From: Chthoniobacterales bacterium
GTDB taxonomy: Bacteria > Verrucomicrobiota > Verrucomicrobiia > Chthoniobacterales > UBA10450
Assembly (NCBI GenBank): GCA_038258245.1
Contig: JBBSQB010000008.1
Span: 31,405-95,404 of the forward strand
Direction: 5' to 3'
DNA length: 64,000 bases
In this document: piece after piece, positions 48,103 through 57,474 of the stretch
Numbering within the stretch: position 1 is the first letter of the stretch
Layout of the letters: each line of letters starts with the position of its first letter
Notes under the pieces: model-generated
Told to the model about the DNA's origin: nothing
The model's input: only the letters and a program-made list of their open reading frames with translations
The model's database searches: none
Position numbers and translations under genes: made by a program

Positions 48103-49401
48103 TTAGGGTGAGATCGGAGGCGGACGAGGGCCGTCCAAGGTTCGTACGATCAGGAAGGCCAGCAACGGAATGAAGATCGCGTAGATGTATTGCGTCCGCG
48201 AAACCCCGATGCCGAACGGAAACCAGATGCCCGGGACGCCGATCGGATCGAGCAGCTCGTCGCCGAAGATGGTGAGGGTTATCAATGCCAAAGTGATCAG
48301 TGCGTGAATCCGCATCGGGCCGCTGCGGACGATGCGCACGCCGATCATGACAAAGAGGGCGATGGATGCGAGACGGCTGACGCTGGTCACGCTCGCCGAG
48401 TGAGTCACAGCGCCGACGATCTCGGCGACCATGATCGCGAGAGCCGCGACATCGATGGTTCGCCACGGAGGCTGGCGCCAGCGATTCCAGTCCAGCGCCC
48501 AGGCGGCCACGGTGGGCATCCACATGAACTTCGCCAGCAACGAGTAGGTCGGCAGGTCCATCAGATCGGTCCAGGAGACGAGCGCATTGTTGAGGCGACG
48601 GGCTCCCGTCAGCGCCAGCGCGATGCTGGCAAATATCAGGAAGCTTTTGTGGCTGCTGCGCGGCCAGCACCAGAGCGCCAGGCCGATGAGCGCAAACATC
48701 GCCAGCGGCTCGATCGCATCGGCGATGTAACCGGCTATCGTTCGCTCCCATTGCGCGCGGTGCAGCCCATCGCTGATCGGTCGGGGCGCCAGAATGGGCG
48801 CGGTGTGCAGGCCGCCCCCGGTTGCGCTGGGTGCGGCCCGGCGAAGCATAAATACGCGGAGAGCGAGGACGCCGCGCGTGCCCGCCGCATCAGCGGGAAG
48901 GGCAAATCGCAGCGGCCGCGTGCCGACGACACGCGGATGCGGCCCGAGCCGGCCCGACCCGCCTAACGAATGCCCGTTCCAATAGAGCTCGTATCCGTCC
49001 TCCACCACCGTCGGCCCGAGGATGTCCCACGATGCGCCCCCGGCCGGCACGTTCACCACACGCCGGTACCAGGCGTAACCGGTGTAACCGGGATGTCCGT
49101 GCGCCATCCACCCGCTGACATAGTCGGGCAGACCGACGTCGCCGTCGTGGCTGCCCCGCGGGGCGGTCAGATCGATAGTCCCCCAATCGCTATCGCCCAT
49201 GCCGGCGTCGGCCCAGTGCGGGTCATCGCCGGTGTGAAAGCGCCAGCCGCCGCTGAGGAGAGTCGCCGCGGCGCGCAGCGACTGCGGATCAGCCCGGCCT
49301 CCGCGCGCCAGATCGCCGATCACGATGGCCCACACCAGCAGGGTCGCCAGGATGATCCAGACGAACAGCCTGCGTTGCGTGGCGCCGATCGATTTGATCA
49401 T
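48103..49401 (-). CDS. Membrane protein with an N-terminal extracytoplasmic beta-sandwich-like domain and ~7 TM helices (7TMR-DISM-like) and no output domain
   Basis: 432-aa ORF with signal anchor, 'GGWRFHTGDDPHWADAGMGDSDW' (sugar-binding-domain-like), then about 7 hydrophobic helices. Confidence 0.55.
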   Translation of the reverse strand: MIKSIGATQRRLFVWIILATLLVWAIVIGDLARGGRADPQSLRAAATLLSGGWRFHTGDDPHWADAGMGDSDWGTIDLTAPRGSHDGDVGLPDYVSGWMAHGHPGYTGYAWYRRVVNVPAGGASWDILGPTVVEDGYELYWNGHSLGGSGRLGPHPRVVGTRPLRFALPADAAGTRGVLALRVFMLRRAAPSATGGGLHTAPILAPRPISDGLHRAQWERTIAGYIADAIEPLAMFALIGLALWCWPRSSHKSFLIFASIALALTGARRLNNALVSWTDLMDLPTYSLLAKFMWMPTVAAWALDWNRWRQPPWRTIDVAALAIMVAEIVGAVTHSASVTSVSRLASIALFVMIGVRIVRSGPMRIHALITLALITLTIFGDELLDPIGVPGIWFPFGIGVSRTQYIYAIFIPLLAFLIVRTLDGPRPPPISP

Positions 49402-49528
49402 CGCGCAATCCGGTTACCAGCCGAACAGGAACCAAGCAACCAAAAATTCCCAACGCTCGACGGCAGCACCGATTACTGCGAAACTGGGACGATCGTAGCT
49501 ACGCCTCGTAAGCAGGCATCTAATGCTG

Positions 49529-49621
49529 GAGGGACGACCTCCGTGTCGTCCCTACGCCAAAGGGACGGGACAGAGCCCGTCCCTCCACTTAAATCAACGG
49601 CCCGAGCGGGCGCAGCAAACT
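49529..49621. repeat. Direct repeat copy B (overlaps the genuine cls 3' end)
   Basis: See copy A. 49589-49621 encodes the Cls C-terminus ...SLLRPLGPLI*. Confidence 0.8.
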
Positions 49622-51010
49622 TTCCTTCGCGCGCTGCCAGCGCGACCGCTTCGCAAATTCCTCCGCCACGATCTCGCGCGACGCTCCCATATCCTTCTCC
49701 AGCAGCGTTGCCAGTGCCGAAGCCGTCGCCACATCCCGCACCAGCGCATTTAATTCGAAGTTCAATCGCATCGAACGGATATCGAGATTGGCCGAACCCA
49801 CCATCAGCCATTGCTCATCCACCAGCGCCACCTTCGCGTGATTGATCCCCGCCTCGTATTCGTAAATCTTCACCCCGAAGCGCAGCATCTCCTCGTAGTA
49901 GGAACGCCCGATATTCACCAGCAGCGGGTGATCCGACTTCGCCGCCACCAGCAAACGCACATCGATCCCGCGCGCCGCCGCCAGTTGCAACGCCGTCAAC
50001 AATGGCTCGTTAGGCCCGAAGTAACCTGCCGTTAGCCACACTCGTTCCCGCGCCGTGTTCAACATCCACACAATCGACATCTCGATCGGATCGTCCGGTC
50101 CGTCCGGCCCATCCGTCATCGGTTGCACCAGCAACCTCTGACCGGCCTCCGGCAGCGGATAATACTCCGGCTTCAACAGCTTCTCCTCCGTCGCGAAGAA
50201 CCAATCATCCGCAAAAATCATCTGGAACTTCCGCGCCGCCGTCCCGCGCAACTCCAGTTGCACATCGCGCCACGGTCCGATCTTCGGATCTTCGCCCGCG
50301 TACTCGCGACCCATGTTCATCCCGCCCACAAAACACCAGCGGCCATCGATGATCTGGAGCTTCCGATGATTGCGCAGCGTAAAGGTCCAGCGATTACGCA
50401 ACGGATGCACCGTGCGAAACCAGGCAAACTTCCCGCCCGCCTCCCTCAGCTCCTCAAAATGGGATCGACGCAACCCGAAAGACCCGATCGGGTCCAGCAA
50501 CAGCCGCACCTCCACGCCGCGACGCGCCGCCGCTGTCAGCTTGTCCCGCATCGCCCGGCCGCGCGCATCATTTTGCCAGATATAAAACTGCACATGCACA
50601 TGATGCTGCGCCTCGTCGATCCGCTGTCCCAACGCTTCATAAAACGCCGCGCCATCCACCAGCAACCGCGACTCCTCCGCACACGAGATCGCGTATTCAT
50701 TCACCTGCGACAGCATCTCTACTCCCGTCTGTTCACCTTGCGACAAATCCGCCAGCAGCGCACGCGTTTCCGCCATCACGCGGCGCTCCTCGCGCGCCCC
50801 CGCCTGCTCCATTTTGCGGGTCGCCCGCAGCCGTTGCCTAACGAGCCGATCCGTCCCAAAAATGAAATAGAAGATCGCCCCACCGTAGGGGAACAGAATC
50901 ACCGCCCAGATCCAGGCCAGCGTCGAAGCCGGCGGCTTATTGCGCAGCAGAATGTGCGGAATCGTCGCCCACGTCAGCAGATAACCGATCCAAACAAACG
51001 ACCAATGCAT
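49589..51010 (-). CDS. cls: Cardiolipin synthase (phospholipase D family)
   Basis: Two HKD motifs, 'NHRKLQIIDGRWCFVGGMN' and 'NHAKVALVDEQWLMVGSAN'. N-terminal TM helices. Confidence 0.9.
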   Translation of the reverse strand: MHWSFVWIGYLLTWATIPHILLRNKPPASTLAWIWAVILFPYGGAIFYFIFGTDRLVRQRLRATRKMEQAGAREERRVMAETRALLADLSQGEQTGVEMLSQVNEYAISCAEESRLLVDGAAFYEALGQRIDEAQHHVHVQFYIWQNDARGRAMRDKLTAAARRGVEVRLLLDPIGSFGLRRSHFEELREAGGKFAWFRTVHPLRNRWTFTLRNHRKLQIIDGRWCFVGGMNMGREYAGEDPKIGPWRDVQLELRGTAARKFQMIFADDWFFATEEKLLKPEYYPLPEAGQRLLVQPMTDGPDGPDDPIEMSIVWMLNTARERVWLTAGYFGPNEPLLTALQLAAARGIDVRLLVAAKSDHPLLVNIGRSYYEEMLRFGVKIYEYEAGINHAKVALVDEQWLMVGSANLDIRSMRLNFELNALVRDVATASALATLLEKDMGASREIVAEEFAKRSRWQRAKESLLRPLGPLI

Positions 51011-51301
51011 CGTCCGTCATCATGCCTCAGCGTCATGTCACCAGCCAGCGCGAAACGAAGGGCAGCGAAAGCTTTCAGCGTTCCGCCCGTCCTTTAAGGC
51101 GTTTCTGCGCAACGCTCTGACAAATCAAAATGAATTAGGAACCCAGGAAATCAGGAAAAGAATCCTGTAGGGCAACCGCTCCCGGTTGCCACCCTGGAGT
51201 GGTGGCCACTATGCCGCCCAGCCTCCTCGCGTAAAACTTAAAGCTCGGCAGCCCCTCACCCTGCTCGCGAAGACTTTCGGAGTCGTCACCCGTCAATTCT
51301 T

Positions 51302-51424
51302 ATTCACCACAGAGATCACAGAGCACATAGAGCTTTCCAAATTTCTGAAATTCCGCGTATTCCTCTGGGGAGCGCACGCGCCTTGCGTGCTGGTTTCGGC
51401 GCCCCCGCCGAAACGAACTTTTCC
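51302..51424 (+). repeat. Composite intergenic repeat (CACAGAG module plus TTTCGGCG hairpin module), copy 1
   Basis: attcaccacagagatcacagag...gcgcacgcgcc.tgcgtgctggtttcggcgcc..gccgaaacgaacttttcc. Collinear with 55097-55216. Confidence 0.8.
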
Positions 51425-51666
51425 GTTTTCCTCATGTCAGCCTGCTCGCGAACACTTTCGCAATCATGAAATTGAGGCTTGGCAGGCAGATTTGGTGCTG
51501 ACACCCTATCCAATATGCATTCGTTTTTCCCCCGGCCCTCTCCAGTAAGCGACCGAAATAGCCCCCTCTTTCGTATAATCCCCCTGTGAGATGTGCTGCA
51601 ATGCGAACTGAATCAATCATAGGTCTTTTACGATCGAATCAGACTGAGCAAAGTCGGAGGATATAA

Positions 51667-52938
51667 ATGAAATCAATTTTAGCTTTTGCAATCGCAACAA
51701 TAATTGCCGTGGCACTAGGCGACCATGGGTTCGCAGTCACCCCGCCACCTGACGGCGGCTATCCGGGCAATAACACCGCCGAGGGGGATAACGCTCTCTT
51801 TAGTCTCACTAACGGCATCCACAATACGGCAGTCGGGGCAGACGCGTTGTATAGCAACACCGGGGGGACTGACAACACGGCCACTGGTTTTTTCGCTCTT
51901 TATAGCAATACCACCGGCAACAATAACTCCGCCACCGGTTTTTTTGCGCTATTTGCAAACACCGACGGTAATTACAACACGGCGATCGGTTTTCAGGCGC
52001 TTGTTAATAATACTAGGGGGAGCGGCAACACGGCCAACGGTGCTAGCGCACTCGGTGCCAATGCTACCGGCTACAATAATACGGCAATTGGTGCGAGCGC
52101 CCTTCATGACAATACCGACGGCAGCGAAAACACAGCAGCGGGCGTCGATGCCCTCGAATATAACACCGGCAGCTATAACACGGCCAACGGTTCTCAGGCG
52201 CTCCGGTTCAACACTACCGGCACGGGCAACACCGCTCACGGCGTTAATGCGCTGCAGAACAACACGACTGGTCAGGCCAACACTGCCACCGGACTCGGCT
52301 CGCTCGCATCCAACATTACCGGCGACTATGACACGGCGAACGGTTTTGACGCGCTCGTTAGCAATACCACCGGTAGTTTCAATACCGCGAATGGTTGGCA
52401 GGCTATGTTCAGCAACACAACTGGCGCTGACAACACCGCTACTGGCCATAACGCGCTCGTTCATAATGGAACCGGTGCTCGCAATATCGCTAATGGAGCG
52501 AACGCCATGGCCGGCAACACAACGGGTTCAGGCAACATCGCCATCGGGAGTGCTGCGGGGATAAATCTGACAACAGGTAATAACAATATCGACATCGGAA
52601 ATTACGACAGTAAAACTGGGTCGTCCTCGGATGTGGCTGGCGAATCGAATACAATCCGTATTGGCGCACAAGGAACGCAAGACGCCACATATGTTGCTGG
52701 GATCTACGGAACGTCAACAGACACCACCTTTCGGCCAGTGGTTATCAATGCCGTAGGAAAACTAGGGACTGGAATTACGAACGGAATTCCTACCGGCACA
52801 ATCATTACCGTAGTGCCTGGCAGCACTGCCCCGATCGGTTATACCTTTCTAGGCACTCAAACTGACGTGATTCACTACAGGGATGCACAAGGTCACAACG
52901 CCAGGATAAGAGGCGTCAAACTTTATCAAAAAAACTAG
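51667..52938 (+). CDS. Secreted repeat protein with ~20 copies of a 14-15-aa 'NTA.G..AL..NTTG' unit (YadA-head/Hep_Hag-like beta-roll)
   Basis: Signal peptide, 'PPPDGGYPGNNTAEGDNAL', then the periodic repeats, then 'ESNTIRIGAQGTQDATYVAGIYG' and a ~90-aa C-terminal domain. Confidence 0.7.
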   Translation: MKSILAFAIATIIAVALGDHGFAVTPPPDGGYPGNNTAEGDNALFSLTNGIHNTAVGADALYSNTGGTDNTATGFFALYSNTTGNNNSATGFFALFANTDGNYNTAIGFQALVNNTRGSGNTANGASALGANATGYNNTAIGASALHDNTDGSENTAAGVDALEYNTGSYNTANGSQALRFNTTGTGNTAHGVNALQNNTTGQANTATGLGSLASNITGDYDTANGFDALVSNTTGSFNTANGWQAMFSNTTGADNTATGHNALVHNGTGARNIANGANAMAGNTTGSGNIAIGSAAGINLTTGNNNIDIGNYDSKTGSSSDVAGESNTIRIGAQGTQDATYVAGIYGTSTDTTFRPVVINAVGKLGTGITNGIPTGTIITVVPGSTAPIGYTFLGTQTDVIHYRDAQGHNARIRGVKLYQKN

Positions 52939-53341
52939 AGCAACCGATGATTTCCCGCACCTGCACTCCGCGTGATGCGTGTTGATTCACTCGATCGGCT
53001 CGTTCCGCCTTCAACCGCGGGTCAATGTCACGGCTAGCCAGTCCTCCCATTCCCGTCCACCGTCGCTCATCTTGTTCTCGTTAGATGGTTTCTCGTGCCG
53101 TGGAGGACTACGCGCCACAAAAGTAGACTTTTAGCGACGCCGACTTCGATCGGATGGGTTGGCACCTTGCGTTGGGGTCGGCCTCGTCATTATCGGTCTG
53201 GCTCAATTTCACCTCCAGTTTATCGCTTTTCTGGGCGCCGTGTTTGTGCTCTTCGGTCTTTACATGCTGACGCAGCTGCCAAAGCTACGGAGTCAAAGCA
53301 AACGACAAGCAAATTAACCCGCTCGAACATTCCTTAAAACT

Positions 53342-53896
53342 GTGACCAAGACCGCTTCTAAAATCCGTTTCAAAGCGAAACTTTTCCGACCGGCCGCGGC
53401 CGTGCAGGGCGACTCCTGGACTTTTCTTACTCTGCCGAAGAGCGCCAGCGCCAAGCTTCCTTCGCGGAGCATGACGGCGGTCGAGGGCACGATCAATAGC
53501 GCCGCTTTTCAAGCGACTCTCGAGCCCGACGGAAAGAATGGTCATTGGCTCAAAGTGGATCGGAAGTTGCGCGAAGCGGCGGGCGCAGACACCGGCGACA
53601 CGGTTACACTGGAGATCGCACCGGTGGCAGAGGAACCGGAGCCCAAGGTGCCGGCCGATCTGCGGAAGGCTTTGACGGCTGCCGAGCCGAAAGCCCGCGC
53701 TTTGTGGACCGACATCACGCCCATCGCGCGTCGCGATTGGATCCAGTGGATCACTTCCGCGAAGCAACCGGAGACTCGCGTGCGCCGGGTCAACAATGCC
53801 TGCTCGATGCTCGCGGCTGGGAAGCGACGCGTGTGCTGCTTCGATCGCTCCGGGTTTTATAGCAAAAGCATAAGCGCGCCGAAAGCGGCGAGTTAA
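53342..53896 (+). CDS. DUF1905 plus YdeI/OmpD-associated domain protein
   Basis: GTG start. 'WTFLTLPKSASAKLPSR' (DUF1905) and 'RRDWIQWITSAKQPETRVRR' (YdeI-type) blocks. Confidence 0.65.
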   Translation: MTKTASKIRFKAKLFRPAAAVQGDSWTFLTLPKSASAKLPSRSMTAVEGTINSAAFQATLEPDGKNGHWLKVDRKLREAAGADTGDTVTLEIAPVAEEPEPKVPADLRKALTAAEPKARALWTDITPIARRDWIQWITSAKQPETRVRRVNNACSMLAAGKRRVCCFDRSGFYSKSISAPKAAS

Positions 53897-54037
53897 ACGA
53901 CTGCGGACTCACCACAGAGATCACGGAGGACACAGAGTTTTCCTTCCATCCAGAATCCTTTGCGAAATCGCACTTGCCTTCTTCCGCTGGGAGCGAGAAA
54001 CGCGTTGCCGTCATCCTTCGAACTGCTCGTGTGTTCG

Positions 54038-54466
54038 ATGATTTATCGGAAACTCGCGGCGGTCCTTTTCTGTTCCCTGTTCGCCTCTGTGAATCTTTTC
54101 GCGCAAAGCGCGCACACTCCTGCCGCAGGTACGCCGGAGCGGGAAGCCATCATGGACGCGCTTCGGGTTTCGGCGAAGAAGGACCTGGGCCGTGTGGTCA
54201 TCTTCAGAGTCGACCGACTTCGCATCGCTGAAGGTTGGGCTTTCGCGCGCGTCGCACCCACTCTGCCGAATGGAGACGAAATCGATTATTCAAAAACGAA
54301 GTATCGCGAGCAAGTCGAGCTCGGCGCCTTCGATCCGCAGGCTGAAGCGCTCCTCCGCTATGAGGGCGGCGAGTGGAAGGTGCTGGACTACCGTTTCGGG
54401 GCGACTGACCTCGAGAGCCCGGTCTGGGCGGAGCGTTATCGCTTCCCGAAATCGATCCTCGAATAA
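54038..54466 (+). CDS. Hypothetical secreted protein
   Basis: Start at ATG 54038 with a signal peptide (MIYRKLAAVLFCSLFASVNLFAQ). No family recognised. Confidence 0.5.
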   Translation: MIYRKLAAVLFCSLFASVNLFAQSAHTPAAGTPEREAIMDALRVSAKKDLGRVVIFRVDRLRIAEGWAFARVAPTLPNGDEIDYSKTKYREQVELGAFDPQAEALLRYEGGEWKVLDYRFGATDLESPVWAERYRFPKSILE

Positions 54467-54934
54467 CTGTGCTGCGAGCGCGCGCGAGAACGCGATCGCC
54501 GTTCGCGAAAAAAAAATCCCGCGAACGTGACGGGTTTCGGTCGGATTTAGCGCGTTTCTCTAATGAAAACCAAATCCCATGACAACGCTCCTCTTATTCC
54601 TGTTCGTTGTGAAAGGCGCGCTGGTTCTCGCCTTTCTCGCTCTCTGTGCACTTGCTCTGCGGTGGAAACGGAAATCCAGGAGGCCGCGTACACACGCGAA
54701 ATTAGGGTCTAACGAACGGCAGCGCGGCGAGCAGGGTCTCGACCGTCGCCGGGTGCGCGCCGAGACCATTCGGAAGCGCTACACGAAGCCGGTGCCGCAT
54801 TTCTCGATGAAGCGGGAATGGGCGCGATCGCCCCACGTGCCGACCGCTGAGATCGTCCCTATTCGCCGCCCAGAATGCCGGCGAGGGTGCGGCCGTCGGA
54901 GTAATTAATATCGGCAATCTTCCAGGCCTGCATT

Positions 54935-55052
54935 ATTCACCACAGAGGACACAGAGATCACAGAGATTTTTAAGGTTCGGATTCCGCCGATTACTGCGGG
55001 AGCGCCCCGAAGCCATTCGGCTGGTTTCGGCGCATGGCCCCAGAACTTTTCC
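54935..55052 (+). repeat. Composite intergenic repeat, copy 3 (more diverged)
   Basis: attcaccacagaggacacagagatcacagag...ctggtttcggcgcatggccccagaacttttcc. Same module order as copies 1 and 2. Confidence 0.65.
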
Positions 55053-55096
55053 GCCTTCCACTCGTCACCTGTCACTCGTCACTCGTCACTCTTTTG

Positions 55097-55216
55097 ATTC
55101 ACCACAGAGATCACAGAGGACACAGAGGTTTTTTATTCTTCCAATTCCGCGTGTTCTCCGGGGGGCGCACGCGCCTCGCGTGCTGGTTTCGGCGCCTCGC
55201 CGAAACGAACTTTTCC
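55097..55216 (+). repeat. Composite intergenic repeat, copy 2
   Basis: The first 22 nt are identical to copy 1, and the hairpin module is nearly identical. Confidence 0.8.
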
Positions 55217-55376
55217 GGCTTCCGCTCGGCACTCAAAACTGGTCACTGATCCCTTCTTTAGACTTAACCGCAGAGATGGCGAGAAAGGTAGCGCGAGCTT
55301 CCAGCTTGCCGCCCGATCCGAATCGCAAGCTGGAAGCTTGCTCTACCCTTTCGGAACGGAACCGCTCGCGAACAGA

Positions 55377-56393
55377 TCAGTCGGTGCGTTCGGGCGGCGC
55401 GCTGGGTTGGTCGGGCATGACGCGAATGGAGGGGAGGCCGACGATCTCGTAGGTGCCGGAAGCGATGCCAATTTTGGCGGCGTCGAGTTGATCGAGAATT
55501 TCGCGGTTCATCCGGTCTTTGACGTCGCGCACGCCGCGTTCGTCGGTGACGAAGCGGAGGGTGAGTTCCACCCAGTTGTCGGTGATGCGGAGGTAAACTT
55601 TTGGTTCGAACTCGGCGTCCTTCACGAAGTAACGTTCGCGCATCCGGCGCAGGGCTTCGTGGCTAACCTGCGTAACCTGGATGCTGTGCCGCCGCGCGAC
55701 GTCGAGCAGGATCTCTTCGACTTTGGCGCGGTTGTCGCGGTAGGCGACGGGGATCATGATTTCTTCCCAGAGATAGGGGAAGTCGCGGGTGTAGTTAAAG
55801 ACGGGTTCTTCGAAGATCTGGTTGTTTGAGACGGTAACAACTCGGCCGGTGTATTGGCGGCTGCGCACCCAGACCTCGGGGTCGGCACTTTCGACGGCGG
55901 GCGGTTGTCCCATTTCCATGATGGTGGTCTGGAGAAATCCGAGCGCGATGACGTCGCCGCGCACACCGCCCATGACGATGCGATCGCCGACGCTGAAGGT
56001 GTTGCCGCGCAGAATGACCATGTAGCCGGCGAACGCGCTAACGACTTTTTGCAAAGCGAAGGCGAGGCCGGCGGTGACGAGGCCAAGCGCGGTGGTGAGG
56101 CGCGTGGGATCGTCGAACCAAATGGAGAGGATGGTGAGGAGAAGAAGCAGCGCGGTGGCGAGCGTAATGCCTTGGCGCGTCCAAAAGAGAATCCATTCCT
56201 TGCGGCGCGGGATGATGAGTCGGGCGAGCCCGCGCAGTCCCCAGCGCAGGATGAGGAACACAGCGATGGCCGAGAGGGTGAGGAGAAGTTTCTGGCCGTT
56301 CTCGGAATTGACGCCGACGAATTTGATCCCGAAGACCTGGAGCGAGCGGCCCAAGGCTGTCGTGTGGGTGGCGGCGGCGAGAAGAGATTGCAT
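55377..56393 (-). CDS. Mechanosensitive ion channel family protein (MscS-like)
   Basis: 3 TM helices followed by 'FSVGDRIVMGGVRGDVIALGFLQTTIME', the MscS beta-domain. Confidence 0.8.
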   Translation of the reverse strand: MQSLLAAATHTTALGRSLQVFGIKFVGVNSENGQKLLLTLSAIAVFLILRWGLRGLARLIIPRRKEWILFWTRQGITLATALLLLLTILSIWFDDPTRLTTALGLVTAGLAFALQKVVSAFAGYMVILRGNTFSVGDRIVMGGVRGDVIALGFLQTTIMEMGQPPAVESADPEVWVRSRQYTGRVVTVSNNQIFEEPVFNYTRDFPYLWEEIMIPVAYRDNRAKVEEILLDVARRHSIQVTQVSHEALRRMRERYFVKDAEFEPKVYLRITDNWVELTLRFVTDERGVRDVKDRMNREILDQLDAAKIGIASGTYEIVGLPSIRVMPDQPSAPPERTD

Positions 56394-56561
56394 TATTTTT
56401 TCCGAGGCGGACGAAACGGATCAATCGTCGTCTGTAATCGAATCTCGCGTGGCGAGAGGCTGGATACCTTTGGCACGGCAAATCCGGGATCCATGGTGGC
56501 CAGCGTTCGTCAGCAGACCTAGCCAGGTTCCAACCAAGGAATGCGTCCAACCCTGCTTTCC

Positions 56562-56882
56562 TTACATCATTTTCGGATGCCAGAGGAGGGCGAAGATGAG
56601 AAAGAAGGCGACAAAGCCGAGGGCGATGAGGAGTTGGAGCAGAAGCGAGGCGGCGAGGAGCCGGTAAAGCGTGCGGGTGCGCCAAATCCAGAAGGCGATG
56701 ACGCCGACAACGGCCAGCGGCTCGAAGATGGCGAGCGCAAGATTGACGATGTTCGGATCGTCGAGCTGGTAATGGTTGGTTAACCAACCGCCGGTGATGA
56801 GATACCAATAGACGAACGCGGCCGCGGCGGCGTTACCCATGGAGAAGACGATTTCTTTAGATCGGGTTGCCATGAAAACCAC
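56562..56882 (-). CDS. Small hypothetical membrane protein
   Basis: 106-aa ORF with 3 hydrophobic segments. Start uncertain. No family recognised. Confidence 0.4.
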   Translation of the reverse strand: MVFMATRSKEIVFSMGNAAAAAFVYWYLITGGWLTNHYQLDDPNIVNLALAIFEPLAVVGVIAFWIWRTRTLYRLLAASLLLQLLIALGFVAFFLIFALLWHPKMM

Positions 56883-57077
56883 GAGCGCTCGCGGAGGAAG
56901 ACGTGAAGCGGCAGAATGTCATGCAGAGTGACGATAGCGAGCACTTTTGTCGCTGGCCGGAATCGGAAAGACGCCACGGGTTGGTCGGCGATTTGAGAAG
57001 CCAGGTCTGCGAAGCGCGAATGGAATCGGAGGGACGACAAACGCGGGTCTCCAGCAAGCGAAGGTCGCGTTCCTTCC

Positions 57078-57474
57078 ATGACAACAGAACTGCGGTTCCT
57101 GGCGGCGAGCGTGATTCTTGGCCTTGTCCATCTCGTGCTGGCTTCGCACCTGATCAGTTTTCAATATGGCTATCGCTGGACAGCCAGCAGCCGCGAACAG
57201 GAAGTGCCGCCGTTGCGCGGCCTCGCCGATTGCGTCGATCAGGCAACGACCAACTTCCTCGAAACGTTTCCTTTCTTCGCAGCTCTCGTCCTTGCCGCGC
57301 ATCTCATCGATCGCAACGGCGCCCTCACCTTGGTGCGGAGCGCATCTTTATTTCTGGGGATGGGTCGGCTACCTGGCGGCGGCTGCGGCGGGCTTTGGTT
57401 TGATCCGTTCGATGATCCTTTGGAACGCGGCGCTGAGCGGCATCGTTCTCTTCCTCATCGCGCTGTTCCGTTAG
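57078..57474 (+). pseudogene. MAPEG family protein, interrupted by a 1-nt frameshift near 57330
   Basis: Frame 1 gives 'MTTELRFLAASVILG...NFLETFPFFAALVLAAHLIDRNGALT'. The next frame continues 'GAHLYFWGWVGYL...IRSMILWNAALSGIVLFLIALFR*'. Together they give about 132 aa, a normal MAPEG length. Confidence 0.65.

Noticed and set aside
53159-53317. Possible 52-aa TTG-initiated small membrane protein (…VGLVIIGLAQFHLQFIAFLGAVFVLFGLYMLTQ…)
   Set aside because: Only a TTG start, no visible ribosome-binding site and no recognisable family. I cannot support it from sequence alone, though it would be worth a ribosome-profiling or conservation check.
54579-54908. 109-aa ORF with a hydrophobic N-terminus and an Arg-rich tail
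   Set aside because: No family resemblance, extreme basic composition, and it lies in the repeat and debris zone. It is more likely a chance frame.
54968-54995. 'aaggttcggattccgcc' as a possible tRNA T-arm
   Set aside because: No acceptor, D or anticodon arms can be built around it, and it lies inside composite repeat copy 3. I found no tRNA or rRNA anywhere in the window.
51302-55216. CACAGAG-containing repeats as a CRISPR array
   Set aside because: The units are 7-nt tandem heptads inside dispersed ~120-nt elements. They are not 25-40-nt direct repeats with regular unique spacers, and no cas genes are present.
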